A stretch of 64,000 nucleotides of DNA. It comes from Lytechinus pictus. Taxonomy: Eukaryota. Made by a program: the position numbers and the translations under genes. The notes beneath the pieces are model-generated. The model ran no database searches. It was not told where the DNA came from and was given only the letters and a program-made list of their open reading frames with translations. This document shows positions 1 to 13,032 of this stretch, in pieces. Every line of letters begins with the position of its first letter. Position 1 is the stretch's first letter. Location: the NCBI RefSeq assembly GCF_037042905.1, contig NC_087246.1:310001-374000 (forward strand). The letters run 5' to 3'.

Positions 1-498
1 AAGTTAAGACATTTTAAAGTTTCCCTTATTTTTCACAAAACAGTGATATGCACGACTAGGTGAGTCAGTCGATGATGTCCATCACTCACTATTTCTTTTG
101 TTGTTGTTGTTTTATTGTTTGAATTTTACAATATTTCATTTTTTTATAGATTTGACAATAAGGACCAACTTGACTGAACCATATAGTATTAAACAATGCT
201 AATTCCACATATTCAGGGAGGAATTTATCGTAGTATCACTTGACAATGATGAGAAAATTGGAATATTTCATATTTCATATAATAGAATACAAAAGAAATA
301 GTGAGTGGATGACGTCATAGTCTCCTCATTTGCATACCAGCCAGGATGTGCATATAACTGTTTTGTGAAATTAAGCAAACTTTAAAATTTCATAACTTTC
401 TCATTCTATATCCGATTTTCAGGAAATTTTCAGTGTTATCAATGTTGGATTTTTCTCTTTTTATTCAAATCAACTTTTTGTTGCGGTGGACTTGTCCG
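1..498. mobile_element. TTAA-type (Kolobok-like) MITE family A, left end cut off by window
   Basis: Closely similar to 6562-7157 and 18771-19372; ends ...GGTGGACTTGTCC. Confidence 0.85.
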
Positions 499-869
499 TT
501 ATCTTACCAAACAGCTTTATCAAACGCCCCCCTGAATACACACAGGACTACTTTCTCTTCCGAATATTGCTGATGCTGACTGACGAGGAATATCATCAAG
601 ACACGAGGCCTTGACAAAAGGCTTGTTAGGACCAAAAACAAAGCCGTAGAGGACGTGTGGAGATTGTACAGATATCTTTTTTTTAAAGATGTTTAATTGT
701 TTTTCTCTCAAATTAAATTCATGAAATGTAGTTCACAGAGTGACATTTGTAAAGAATAATTCGAACAAATTACTTAAACTCTTATACATTATGCACATCA
801 TGTATTATTATTCAAAGACACTGCATCGTACCAGATGAGTGTGACTCCCAAATATCAGAGAAAAAAAAA

Positions 870-870
<1 letters not shown>

Positions 871-945
<75 letters not shown>
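871..945. repeat. (TA)n microsatellite
   Basis: Long pure TA run. Confidence 0.95.
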
Positions 946-948
<3 letters not shown>

Positions 949-1179
949 GGGCGATTAAGGGCGATCGTGCTGGACATGTTCGGTTTAGGTTACGGCGATT
1001 CTAGCTCGAACAAAATATGCTAATAGGTGAACAACATAAGTTGTAAGCGTACGTAAAGTCTATTTTCCACCCCCCCCCCCCCCCCCGAACCATGAACCTT
1101 GAAGAAGTACTTTCTCAAAAAGCGTATACACGCTGTCCCCCTTTCTCCCAGCCTTGATCATCTTTCCAATGACAATTAA

Positions 1180-1787
1180 AGGGATGCTCCGGGCTGAGAA
1201 AATTTATATCTAAATAGATAGGGTACAATTCACAGAGCAAAATTATGAAAATTTCATCAAAATCGGAAAACAAATATGAAGTTATATTGAATTTTAAAGT
1301 TTAGCAATATTTTGTGAAAACAATTTTATGCACGTCGTCATGAACATTCATTAGATGGGCTGATGATGTCACATCCCCACAATCCTTTTTCTTATGTAAT
1401 TACATTAATTCACGATTGTTTCATAATTTTGTTCATACATGTGTAAGTGATGAGTCTCCATTATGATTAAATAAGTTGCAGCAATAAATAACTAATGCAC
1501 TTAATCAGTTGTCAATCCAATTGTTTTAGTTCTTGGTAGAAAAATTTGAATAAAACTAATATCATACAATAAAGTACAAAAGAACAAGTGGGGGTATGAT
1601 ATCACCAGCCCACCTAATGAATATTCATGAAGACATGTCGATAACTGTTTCATCGGAATAATGCAAATCTTGAAAATTCAATAACTTTGTTATTTGTTAT
1701 CCGATTTTGATCAAATTTTCAGCATTTTGCTCTGTGAATTTTACTCTATTTATTAAAGTATAAATATCTTCGTCCTGGAGCATCCCT
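1180..1787. mobile_element. TTAA-type (Kolobok-like) MITE family B
   Basis: TTAA|AGGGATGCTCCGGG ... CCTGGAGCATCCCT|TTAA, with extended subterminal inverted similarity (AAATTTCATCAAAATCGGA). Confidence 0.9.
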
Positions 1788-2130
1788 TTAACACCTTCTA
1801 TAGGCCGCTGCTCCCCTCTCTCTCTCCCCCTTCTCTCTATCTTTCCCACTCTCTCTTCCTCCCTTCCTCTATTCTAGCTTTCTCTCACTCTCCCCCCCCC
1901 CCTCCCTCTCTTTGAAGCAGCTTGGATATGATGCTTAATGACAGCATTTACGATACATTTTTTTTCTTTTTCAGTAATCAAATTTTTTTGGGGGGAGTGG
2001 GAGGCCAACGTACTGTCCTGATGGGGGTGGGGGAGCAAATCCCCCCCCCCCCCATGGTGCCGCCACTTTTTCTCCCTCCCTCAAGCCAACACTCCGGATT
2101 CTGGATCATGTTATACCGAGGTTATACCGA

Positions 2131-2328
2131 GGTTTTTTACCTGACTGCTAAGAAAGCACGAATGCCTGTGAGCAAGCAACCAGGAGACCAACGGCTTAAG
2201 GTCCTCTCCGAGGGACCTGGTAATGAGGATAAATGCCTTACCAAAGGGCACTAGCGCACCACTAGGGAATCGAACCCGGGTCACCGGAATCCGAAACCCC
2301 CGCTCTACCGACTGAGCTATCGCGTCTC
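2131..2328 (-). mobile_element. tRNA-derived SINE
   Basis: The minus strand starts with a tRNA-like head (A box TAGCTCAGTCGG, B box GGTTCGATTCC), followed by a non-tRNA body (GTGCCCTTTGGTAAGGCATTTATCC...) and a short A tail. Confidence 0.8.
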
Positions 2329-2966
2329 TCAACATACACTTAATAAACTGCATACTCTGGATTATGTCAATTTGCATGAGTATATTACTATATTAATTTT
2401 AAATACATATGCCTACATAATGTATAGTTAATCAGGACGTTCATCACTATAGCTATACAAATAAAGGCCAATCGCCAATATATATACATTTACCATCATA
2501 ACATTATAATGAAAGCAAGTTAGTCAGAGAAGCTAGGAAATTACAACAGAACAAAACATTATTTAATAGCGTAATTTACATGTACATTACCTGACTGGCC
2601 AATCTAGACGGCTTGACTTGTAACAAAAATAGCGACTGATGTATTAGTACTACTGCTGAATCACAGAGAGCCATAAGCAGCAGAGCAGATATAAGTTAGT
2701 ATACTAACCTCGCATGTTGTGTGAGTGATATAAGCCAACGTCATATTTTTACGTGTACGTATCAATACATGTATATGTATTTACACGCACAATCTAGCTA
2801 CACTCTATTTTATGAAAAGGTATAGTATACTTGATATACGGAAATGTCTAACCATCCTTTATTAGGATAGTGAATTCGACTTTGCTACAATAGAACACGT
2901 CACGTATAGCGGGGGCAGTCAAGCATCGATTATAGTCGTTCACACTAGTAAAACATGATGTATAGA

Positions 2967-3428
2967 CCCGGGGGGGGGGGGGAGGCAGTCAAATATATTG
3001 CTGTACATGCACGCGTGACCAAAATCGCGTTTAAAGGGGTGTTTTTTCAGTTTTGGACGAGGTCCGCGCGTGGACTCGTTAAGGGTATCAAAAACACCGA
3101 TTTTCAAGAAAAAGGGTGGTTTGAAAGACTGGTCAACATGGTCAATGGTCAATCGCGGGGTCAAACGTATTTAGGGTATAGATGTTTTTCCCCAAAGCTT
3201 TTTTTTTAAAGACTAGCCAAACGTGTTTAGGGTATTTTTTTCCCAAGCTTTTTCCCCGAGGTCATATTTTGGCGACAACTTGTTTAGGGGCCAAAATGTG
3301 TATAAAGCCCGCGAAAAACTTGTTTAGGGGGTTGCATACAGAGAAAAACTCGTTTAGGGGTTGTTTGGAAATTCCTTGGTCACGCGTGTGTACAGCAATA
3401 TATTTGACTGCCCCCCCCCCCCCCCGGG
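2967..3428. mobile_element. MITE with CCCGGG(G)n termini and ~55 bp TIRs
   Basis: CCCGGG(G)n..GCAGTCAAATATATTGCTGTACA..CACGCGTGACCAA is mirrored at the right end. It is flanked by direct repeat TATAGA (2961-2966, 3429-3434) and has internal GTTTAGGG subrepeats. Confidence 0.9.
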
Positions 3429-4710
3429 TATAGACATGTCACAAGTTCACTATAACGTATTATTTTCCCTATCATTTCCGGAACAGAGTTTATTCTGTAA
3501 AGTCTACTCTTTATGAATATAAAAACATTAAGCTATTAATTCAAATTAGTTTAGGCTACGCAGATTCTCCCAATGCGGCCAATGGTAAAAAGTATAGTTT
3601 GTTCATTTTCTCAGTTCTTTATTTAAAAAACAAAGGCGAAACTTTTGAGGAAAAAAATACAAGTCAATTCTTTTCTTTAATATTCTTTCTCTATTTTTTG
3701 TAACAAAGCAATAAAAAAACTCCGTTTCATTTTAGTATTTTACAATCGATTGTAACCACGAAGAATTTTAGACAAATTAAAAATAAAAACTTGACAAAAA
3801 CATTTCATATCTGTGCTAGTTACTTCTCAACACAGTCATTTCAGATTACACTTGGTGACATATCATGATAGAAAATATAATATAAATCATAGCTTTGACA
3901 TTCATATATTTCTATGAAACGATGTTTGAAAATATAATAACAAACAGCAGAATATATTTGGCACGAATATTACTTTTTTCTGCTAAGAAAATTCTACCTG
4001 AAATATACTTTAATCCCAATCATGTGAAAGACGCTCTTTCATTTTGATAGCGAGTTCGTCATGGGAGTATTGAGTTTTTGGGGATATGGTGATTTTGCGA
4101 TGTTTGGCGGGCGAACGGATTTCACTGAATTCCATGGATATATGTGAGCTTTTGGCCTCAACTGCATACAGCGAGAGACAAAACCACAAAAAAATAAACA
4201 AAAACACATACTTGTTTCTCTTTTTTCTTGCAGAAATGGCAGGAATCCGGGGAATAGGAGTCTCTTCCATGTAGAGTAGGCATAAAGGGGAGGGTGCTCT
4301 TTACCTGGGGACGGGGGGGGGGGGGTGGGTAGGAGGTAGAACATCAGCTTTTTATCTTTTTTTTCTCTCTCTTGTCATTTGATACATTTTGTTAATATTT
4401 CATTTTGTAATTGTTGAAACGCATGAGTATTAATTTCCAGTATCTTTGAAGTTTGATGTATAATTTGTATAATTATATGAGATATGGATTTATTGTATAA
4501 TTTATAATCGTGTTTCAAATAATTTGTAAAACTTGTTTATGGAATTTTTATTTTTTAATTGAGAGAATACAATAAAAACATACTTAAAACAAAAAGAGGA
4601 TGGATGTATAAACCAAACAATTGATGCGAAGCGCGAGTTAAAAAATTTTAGATTTCCGACCAAAAACTCAACATTCTAAATCTTTTATTCTTATGAACTG
4701 AAACTTTTAA

Positions 4711-5221
4711 ATGGATGCTCCGGGCTATATGATTTAAACAGATCAAAGAAAAATTAGACAAAAAAACACTGAAAATTTGATCAAATTCGGTGAAAGGAAT
4801 AACAAAGTTACGGCATTTTAAAGGTTTGCATTATTCCGGTGAAACATTTCTCGGCATGTCTTCATGAATATTCAATGAGCAAATTGACTTGTTCTTTTGT
4901 ATTTTTTTACATGAAATAAGGTTTATTCAATTTTTTTCTACAAAAAACTAAAAGAAGTGGATTGACAACTAATTTAGTACACTAGATATTATTTGCTGCA
5001 AATTATTTCCTTATAAAGGAGACACATTATTCACACATGTTTAAGAAAAAATGAAACAATTATGATTTCATGTAATAACATAAGAAAAAGAAAACAACTA
5101 TTTTCACAAAACATTACTAAAATTTGAAATTCATTAACTTTGTTAGTTGTTATCCGATTTTGATGAAATTTTTAGCATTTTTTTTATTTTAAAATAAATA
5201 TTTTCAGCCCGGAGTACCCCT
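4711..5221. mobile_element. TTAA-type MITE family B copy
   Basis: TTAA|ATGGATGCTCCGGGCT ... CAGCCCGGAGTACCCCT|TTAA; internal similarity to 1180-1787. Confidence 0.85.
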
Positions 5222-5676
5222 TTAATTAACTGATCTGAAAAGAGATATATTAAGGACTGTTTGCAGTGACTCATTTTTCACCAATAAAATAGAGCGAGTG
5301 TGAAGCAAGAGTGGATAAAGTCTTGAGATATTCGACCTGAACTGGACTGGTTAAGCAAGTTTTCAATATAAAGAACACAATAAAGAAGTGAGGCGCGAGT
5401 TGAATGTTTGCAGATTAGAACTAAACAAGGTCATTCGAAGCAATGTAATCACGAAGAGGGTGTGCAAAGAACTAAGCAATATTAAAATCTTTTCTTTTAA
5501 GATCTAAAATTTGGAAATTCAAAACACTTGTAATTATGAATAATATGCGTAAATTACTTACCAATACATGCAATTGCGAGCTGAAAGATTTAAAAACCGA
5601 TTTAAAAAAAGCACCTGTTAATGAACGTTTGCTGTGACTCATGAATAAGGAGGATTAAGCATGTTTTTAATGAAGT

Positions 5677-6033
5677 GGAAGCGTCGTGGTGTAGCTGTTC
5701 TGACTCTCGCCTTGTAATCAGAGGGTCGTGTGTTCAAATCCCACCATGGCCCAGCGTCCTTTGGCAAGGCGTTAATCCACACTTTGCCACTCTCCACCCA
5801 GGTGTTAAATGGGTACCCGGTAGGATGTGAAAGCCTATATTTAGTATGCCTAGCAATTGAGTCTTGGAACTCTTGTTGGAATGCTCCCCAGGGAGTGGAG
5901 AAGGTGCATACATTGTATGCGGGCATGCAAGGATCCGATGACCGGGGTAATAATATGTCTGTAAAGCGCTTAGAGACGTCGTTCCGATGTATTAAGCGCT
6001 ATATAAATGCGGAATATTATTATTATTATTATT
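5677..6033 (+). mobile_element. tRNA-derived SINE with CORE-like centre and L2-like tail
   Basis: Head TGGTGTAGC...GTTCAAATCC; centre GTCCTTTGGCAAGGCGTTAATCC...CCCAGGTGTTAAATGGGTACC; tail GTAAAGCGCTT...AAGCGCTATATAAATG(TAT)n. Related copies at 43510 and 45812. Confidence 0.85.
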
Positions 6034-6561
6034 AAGAACACAGTTAACAAGCGAGCTGAAAGTAACAATGAAGAGGGTGGTCATAGAACTAAATAGCTCT
6101 TGCGAGCGCGAAGCGCGACCTGAAAATTGGACATTGTAAACACTTTATGCAATCATGAACACGATGGGTATCTAATCAAACAAGTAATACGAGCGCAAAG
6201 CGTGAGCTGGGGTTATTGTTTGTTTTTGTTTTAGTTTTTTTAGATTCAGACTTTAAATCGGGCATCCCATGCAATTTTTTGTAATTAAGAAAAGGGAGGG
6301 TATCAATAAATAATGCGAAGCGCGAGCTGGACATTTTTGATATTTTGACTTTTTACACGTTTTATATTTAAAACAAACTTGGACTCCGTGTCTGTAATTG
6401 GACAGGCTGTGTATCCCAATAAACACAATGCGAGCGCGAAGCGCGAGCTGAAATTTAGATTTACTGACACGAAAAACGGTTTTTGCAATCATAAACACGA
6501 TAGGTATAATTATAATCAAAGAAGTAATGCGAGCGCAAAGCACGAGATTTTTTCTTTTTAA

Positions 6562-7157
6562 TGGTCAAGTCCACCCCAACAAAATGTTAATTTGAATAAA
6601 AAGAGAAAAAGAATAAAAAGAGAAAAATCAAACAAGCAGAACGCTGAAAATTTCATCAAAATCGGATGCAGAATAAGAAAGTTATGGCGTTTTAAAGTTT
6701 CCCTTATTTTTCACAAAACAGTGACATGCACAACAACTTGGTGACATGCAGATGAGTCGGTCGATGATGTCCATATTTCTTTTGTTTGTTATTGTTTGAA
6801 TGATACAATATTGCATTTTTATAGATTTGACAATAAGGACCAACTTGACTTACCATATAGTATTAAACAATGCTAATTCCACATGTTCAGGGAGGAATTA
6901 ATCGTTGTTTCACTTGGCAATGAGTGGAAAATTAGAAAATTTCATATTTCATATAATAAAATACAAAAGAAATACAGAGTGGATGACGTCATCAGTCTCC
7001 TCATTTGCATACCAACCAGGATGTGAAAATGTCATAACTTTCTCATTTTACATCCGATTTTGATGAAATTTTCAGTGTTATGCTTGTTGGATTTTTCTCT
7101 TTTTATTCTTTTTCTCTTTTTATTAAAATTAACATTTTGTTGGGGTGGACTTGTCCT
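6562..7157. mobile_element. TTAA-type (Kolobok-like) MITE family A
   Basis: TTAA|TGGTCAAGTCCACCCCAACAAAATGTTAAT ... ATTAACATTTTGTTGGGGTGGACTTGTCCT|TTAA. Confidence 0.9.
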
Positions 7158-8519
7158 TTAAGATTTAGACTTTAAATCCGACATTCGATGCAGTATTTGC
7201 AATTAAGAAAATGAAGGGTATCAATGAATGATGCGAGCGCGAAGCGTGAACTAATTTTTTTTGTACATATTGACTAGAAACTACACACGCATATGTTATT
7301 GAACAAGCTGTGTATTTCAACAAACATGTGAGCGCGAAGCGCGAGCTGAAATTTCTGATATAATGACCCGAAAGGAACATTTGAAGCACTGTCCAATATG
7401 AAGATAAATTGTGGAGAGCGCGAGCTGGAAATTTTTTGAGATTTAGATCTTAAAACGTGACATTCTAATCATTGTCGGTACAGAGAGCTCCCCGCGTTCG
7501 CATTGCGAAAAAAAATCACAATATGATGACGATGCAATTTGTTTGACAAAGATAATGGAACTAAAAACCGACCAAGAACAAGGTACATGGAGCAGTTGGA
7601 ACAGCCCTGCGTGACCCGACACGGAACAGCCATGCGATTGCGCAACAGACAATTTATCATTTTTCTAACTTCTCAGAATTTTTAAAACCTCAAATACCCG
7701 TCCCCTTCTCTCTCTGATTTTCTCCTTCATTTTGTTTTCCTCTTTCTCTCTCTCTCTCCCTTTCTTTCTTTTCTTTCTTTCTATTCTTTCTTTCTTTCTT
7801 CCTTACTTCCTTCCTTCCTTTCTTTCTTTTTTCTTTTCTTTTCTTTTTCTCTTTCTCTACTTTCCTTTTTCTTTCTTTTTTCTTCCTTCTGTTTTTTCTT
7901 TTTACCCATTTTCTTCATTTTTTCCCGACGGCAGCGCAGATTTACCAACGATATCCACAGTAGTGTGGGGGTTGTCGCACCCCCCCCCCCCCCCTTTAGC
8001 GACGGCCCTGGGCAAAGCTACAACAGTTACAACTCTTTATGAAACGAGCCCCTGGAGGATTTATTAAAATATACTGATTTATTTGAATATGTTGGTATAT
8101 ATAACCACTAGAAAGCGATCACAACCAGTTTTTAAGCAGACCATGCATGGTCCCGGACCGTGCATTGGTATACACTCAAGGAAAAGAGCGAACAGAAAGA
8201 GGGCTTTAATAGTCACACCCTTTACAGAGAAAGGTTTTATTGATGAGAGGACAGGAGAGATTTCCGATGCTGAGGGAGTGGTATCCCATTATTTTTCAAT
8301 TTCCATGCAATCTCGTTTCTTACCTCCCATGGGAAGCCTTTTTTTTTAAGCCCTTCTTCACGTGATTACATCCCCATATTTCACTGCATGTTTCAATATT
8401 GTCAGTCCGTCCCAACCCATCTGCATGTTAAACTGATAACTGATTGTACTTCGTAACCTCAGATTCGCTGTGGTCATGATGGTGGTGTAAATCCGGTTTC
8501 GAGCAGTGAAGGGTAATAA

Positions 8520-9622
8520 CTCAATTCAATTCATTTCAAATAAACATTTATTTTCTTCCATTTTATTGTATTTTTCGTAAACATTAATTCATACAAAAAT
8601 CAATTTGTTATGAAAAATATAAATATGTACATGTTGGGTTTAAAGAAGAAGGCGTATACCCTAAAAGCTGAGGCTTGTGGCGGGATACGCCTATAGAAAA
8701 AAAATACAATACAAAGGAAAGGGCAGAGAAAAGAAAAGAAAAGAAGAGAAGGAAAGGGAACGAGAGAGGGAGACGTGAGTGGAGAGGCGATCATGAATTA
8801 CTAAATAAAACGGAATGCTCAACAAATCAGTGGGGGCAAAATATACATGCCGCAACAACAATTGTCCATGGTTCATGCTATCATGTTAAAGGAAACGTTA
8901 GATGGAAAATATTCATATATAAAATGACAGAAGCATTTTTTTTTCATTTTATACTTAAAGCTAGTTGTCGATAGATATTTTTTTATGTAATCCGGAATTT
9001 CGTTCCATATTTTGGGGCCAGTATAACGAATGTTGTGTTGGAAGAGTATTTTTCTAGGTTTGGGGATGAATATTTGATTAATTGACCGGGTATCAAAATG
9101 ATGTATGTTGGAAACATGCGTAAACGAATCACGACATTTTTGTGGAATTAAAAAATCAAAACACCTGTAGAGATAATGGCATTGTTGAAGTTTGTTGATG
9201 TCGTCTAATTTCAACAATTTTAGGGACTTAAACAAATTTGTAGTATTTGCTAGTGGTATCTTGTTTGGAGAAATAATACGTACAATTTTATTTTGAAGGG
9301 AACATATTTTTTTAAGATGGGTTTGGAATGTGTTAGCCCAAACCAAATTACAATAATAAAAATATGGCAAGATTAAAGAGCAATATAATGTACGCAATAC
9401 AGTTTTTCGCCAAAAATTTAGGCGATGTATTATTCCAATATTTTTTGCAACTTTGTTCTCAATTTCATTTATGTTATGCTGTATCCATGTTAAATTACTA
9501 TCAATGATAACGCCAAGAAACCTAGTATTTTCAACTCTGGGAATAATTTGGTTGTTAAGCTTCACCACTACATGATATAATATTGAGCTAAAATTGACAC
9601 ATTTAAGGGAACCCCAAATCAA
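8520..9622 (-). mobile_element. 5'-truncated LINE (CR1/L2 group, Crack/Daphne-like): ORF2 C-terminal part plus 3' UTR
   Basis: ORF 8873..9622 has FLGVIIDSNLTW, LYCSLILPYFYYCNLVW, HHFDTRS and YTGPKIWN, typical of the post-RT region of CR1/L2-group LINEs. The 3' UTR ends AATAAA followed by (TTGAA)n. Confidence 0.88.
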
Positions 9623-10554
9623 AGGCCTCGTGTTTAAAGAGGTGCCATGTAAATGATACTTTTATTCAGGGGCAGCGATCCTGGGGTCGCGGGCACAGTG
9701 CCCCCCTCCACTTTTTGAAGTACACTGTAAAAAATGAAGTGCTAATTCAGCACTAACAGTGCTTGTATATAGTGACTGCACTACGAGTGCTGGTTTAAAT
9801 TTAAATAAGAAAGATAAATAAATTAACAAATGAATAAAAGTAATAAAATATAAAATAAAATAAATTTTCTTATTAATGGATCTTTTTAATGTAATGATTT
9901 CGATCGAATTTCTTTCAATAGCTGGCTGATATGCAATTTGAAGAAGTGCAGAAGATGAAAAATATAATGGTCAGTTATGCACTTAACCTATTAATACCTT
10001 CCACAATGCGTATTAATTTGTGAAGGGCAACACACTATCATGTATGACGGGGTATGATTGTGTGATCATATTCAAGATGGTATTGATTCGCTCAATTACA
10101 TGATTTCTTTCTGTTTGACACGTTTTCAATATCTGTAACAGAATACAATCGAGGAAACTAATAAAGATCTAAGCCTCGGTTACCACTCCTCTTTTTAATA
10201 GCGCCTTTTTTATTTTTTGATAGAGCGGAAAGCACAGGACGGAACGCCGGAGATTCCGGCAGGTGAAGCCTAAGGATATGGGTTGTTCTTAGCAGACAGT
10301 GGGTCGATTTGGCCTACATGCCTCTCACAAAAGCATTTCATTTTCTCGATCGATAAAAAGAGTGCTGGTTTGGCACGGGAGATATTAATTCATTTTCGTT
10401 TTAGACTTTCAATTAAACTCGTTGCCGTACGTCTAGTAAGTTTTTTTTTTGTTGTTGCTAATTTTGCTTGTGTCAAGATTTATCTTGTATCAATGGTTTA
10501 TTTTCTGCTAATCGAACTACACATTATTCGTATCATTATTATCATCATCATCAT

Positions 10555-10733
10555 CACTGGCGGATCCAGGGGGGGCACAGCCGGCCGGCCGTGCCCCCCC
10601 CCCCCCTTGAGTGGCACAATTAAAATTTGTAACGTAAAAATGCCATTAACACAGATGTGTGTACCCCTTTCCCTTTGAAAGTGAAGGCCTTTGTTTTTGT
10701 TTTGTTTTTGTGGAAATCTTGGAACCGCCCCTG
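10555..10733. mobile_element. Small hAT-like MITE
   Basis: CACTGGCGGATCCAGG ... CTTGGAACCGCCCCTG with flanks ATCATCAT/ATCATTAT (7/8 match). Confidence 0.65.
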
Positions 10734-12008
10734 ATCATTATATACTTCATATCTATAATCTAACTGTATTTCGCTGCAGCGCCATGTGACAGGTGGCGCC
10801 ATTCAAATATCATCACTATACATACACAGGGTTTGATCAAGTGAATGGGTGAGAAAATGTTTTTAACAGTCATAAAATTTACACTTGTGGGATTGAAATA
10901 AAGTAAGAAAAAAGTGTAAAAATGAAAAACATGGAAGTAATCATTTTCGTCTATTTGTTAATCTCTATAAACACCATCAAACATAACAACAAAATTTTTA
11001 AAAATCTAACCCTACAACCTTCTGAAAAGTACTACAGTCAGACAAATACTTTTGAACTATCATACATAGGAAGAGAAATCATATATTTTTATATATAGGC
11101 CAATAGAAATACGAGAAATGGATTAACCTATATATTAAGGAAAATACATTCTGCATTACTTAAGTGCAACAGAACGAGTCCAGACACCCCCCCCCCCTTC
11201 CCCCCAAAAATACCTCTGGGATAAACCACTTCATAAGCTAGGATGTTTAACCCCAGCTAATCCCCTTCCATCCTCCCCAGACCCCCCCCCCCCCCCGACC
11301 ATTACCTTCTGGGACACCTACGGACCGGTCAAGCAGCCCATGCAGACAACTACCCCATCTACAAACAACTATACCGAGGTTATTGCCCTTTTGGCATAAT
11401 GGTACCCCGGACATCTACCTATAAATGTCCGAGGTGTCTGACTATATATTTATTTGTAATTATGGTAATAATGGTAGCGATAAAGCATTAATATAACTCG
11501 ACAGACTGTTCGAAGGACATTCAGTTCAATGTTTTATTCAATTTCCTATTCTATTTCTTTTCTATTTCATTTCAATTATTGTTCATGTGTATTTTTTTCT
11601 TCAAGCGCCATGAGCACCAAAGGTGGACATGTGCGCTATGTGCTATTATTAATATTATCCAATTAAAAATATATATAGAACAGAGTGATAACAAATACGA
11701 CAATGGTAATGCGAGCAAAGTGAGATAAGAACTATACAAAGTAATAAAATAAATTAACATGTCTAAAATGTTCAATATCTGCTTTTCAATTTGAAACCTC
11801 ATTGGGCCTCAATCACAAAAATTGTCAAGAAATACATAAGTTCTTTCTCTGTGAAATAATAATGCTTCTATTGCCATTATCTCGTTAAAACAAATAATGT
11901 GTTATCGGATTCTCTGTCGTAGCTATCGCACGTTGGACAAAAGAGTGTAAGTATGACTCATAAACGATCTTTTTTTTTAAAAATTACATATACATATATA
12001 TATACATA

Positions 12009-12188
12009 CAGTGCGTCTCCCAAAAAAAAAACGAAATCTAGGTTTAGCGATGATTTATCATAACTTAATCACAAATACAATAGACAAATTACCTATCATT
12101 GTGGAGCTTAGAATGTCTTCTTTCAGCTACGATTAAGGCATGAAAAATCTTATATAAATCTCGGTTTCGTTTTTTGTGGGACGCACTG
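12009..12188. mobile_element. Tc1/mariner-like MITE
   Basis: TA|CAGTGCGTCTCCC(A)nCGAAA ... TTTCG(T)nGTGGGACGCACTG, inserted in a TA-rich tract. Confidence 0.75.
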
Positions 12189-13032
12189 TCTATATATATA
12201 TAAATAATTTATTGGTTGGATTGCTTAACTAAGCTAGTCGTACAGACTGTTTCACCCTAAGGCTCATCAGCAACCAGGGACCTGAGAAGCGGGGGTGCTG
12301 GGGGTGCTGAAGCACCCCCAGAAATTATCCTGGGGGTGCTGCGTGTATTATTTTCCATAGGCAGCACCCCCACGAAATCAGGTTCCCCCTGTATTTTTTT
12401 AAATATGTTATAATGTACATAATTATCACATCCGACAATCGAAAATCATTTACATAGTCGTTCACATATTCCAATAACATCCCTCCTATAACGCGACTCA
12501 ATCAAGCTCCGGCACTCCGATACAGACGTGGTCGTGCGCGATACGGGAGGGACATGGCTGTGATTGGACTTGAAACTTCGAGGGTTTTATGCCGAATCAA
12601 GTGTGCGCGCGCCCGTGTTTTGTAAAAAACAATTACAAGTCAGACAATAGAAATCAAATTTCACAGTCTTTTTCGCCATGGCCCTTGGAAGCGGGGGTGC
12701 TGGGGGTGAAGCACCTCAAATTTTGGGGATGCTGCATGTGTTATTTTCCATAGGCAGCACCTCCTTGAAATCTAGTGGTAAGTTGATGAATGACAGAAAT
12801 GTAATGAAAATAAACGACATTTTGTACACCCCCCTTCAGAATTTTCCGACACAGTACTTAAAATAGTATTTAAATTCACCCTTTTTCAGATCGGAATATC
12901 ATATATTTTCTGCTCACGCTTCGCGCTCGCATTATTCATTTTTTTAATAAAAAAATGTATTTACAATGCCCAGATACTAGGGCTAACTCTTAACACGCGC
13001 ACGCATGTTTATTCAGATACGCAGCTTGTTTT

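Larger units (their letters stand above)
4600..8010. mobile_element. Large non-autonomous element with GCGCGAAGCGCGAGC subrepeats, interrupted by younger insertions (left end unresolved)
   Basis: The GCGAGCGCGAAGCGCGAGCTG motif recurs through 4625-7430, then a pyrimidine tract and a right end ...CGACGGCCCTG. Same motif as 12275-14803 and 28757-30936 but in opposite orientation. Confidence 0.6.

Noticed and set aside
2258..2328. tRNA gene
   Set aside because: A/B boxes are present, but the acceptor stem does not pair well and the sequence continues into a SINE body.
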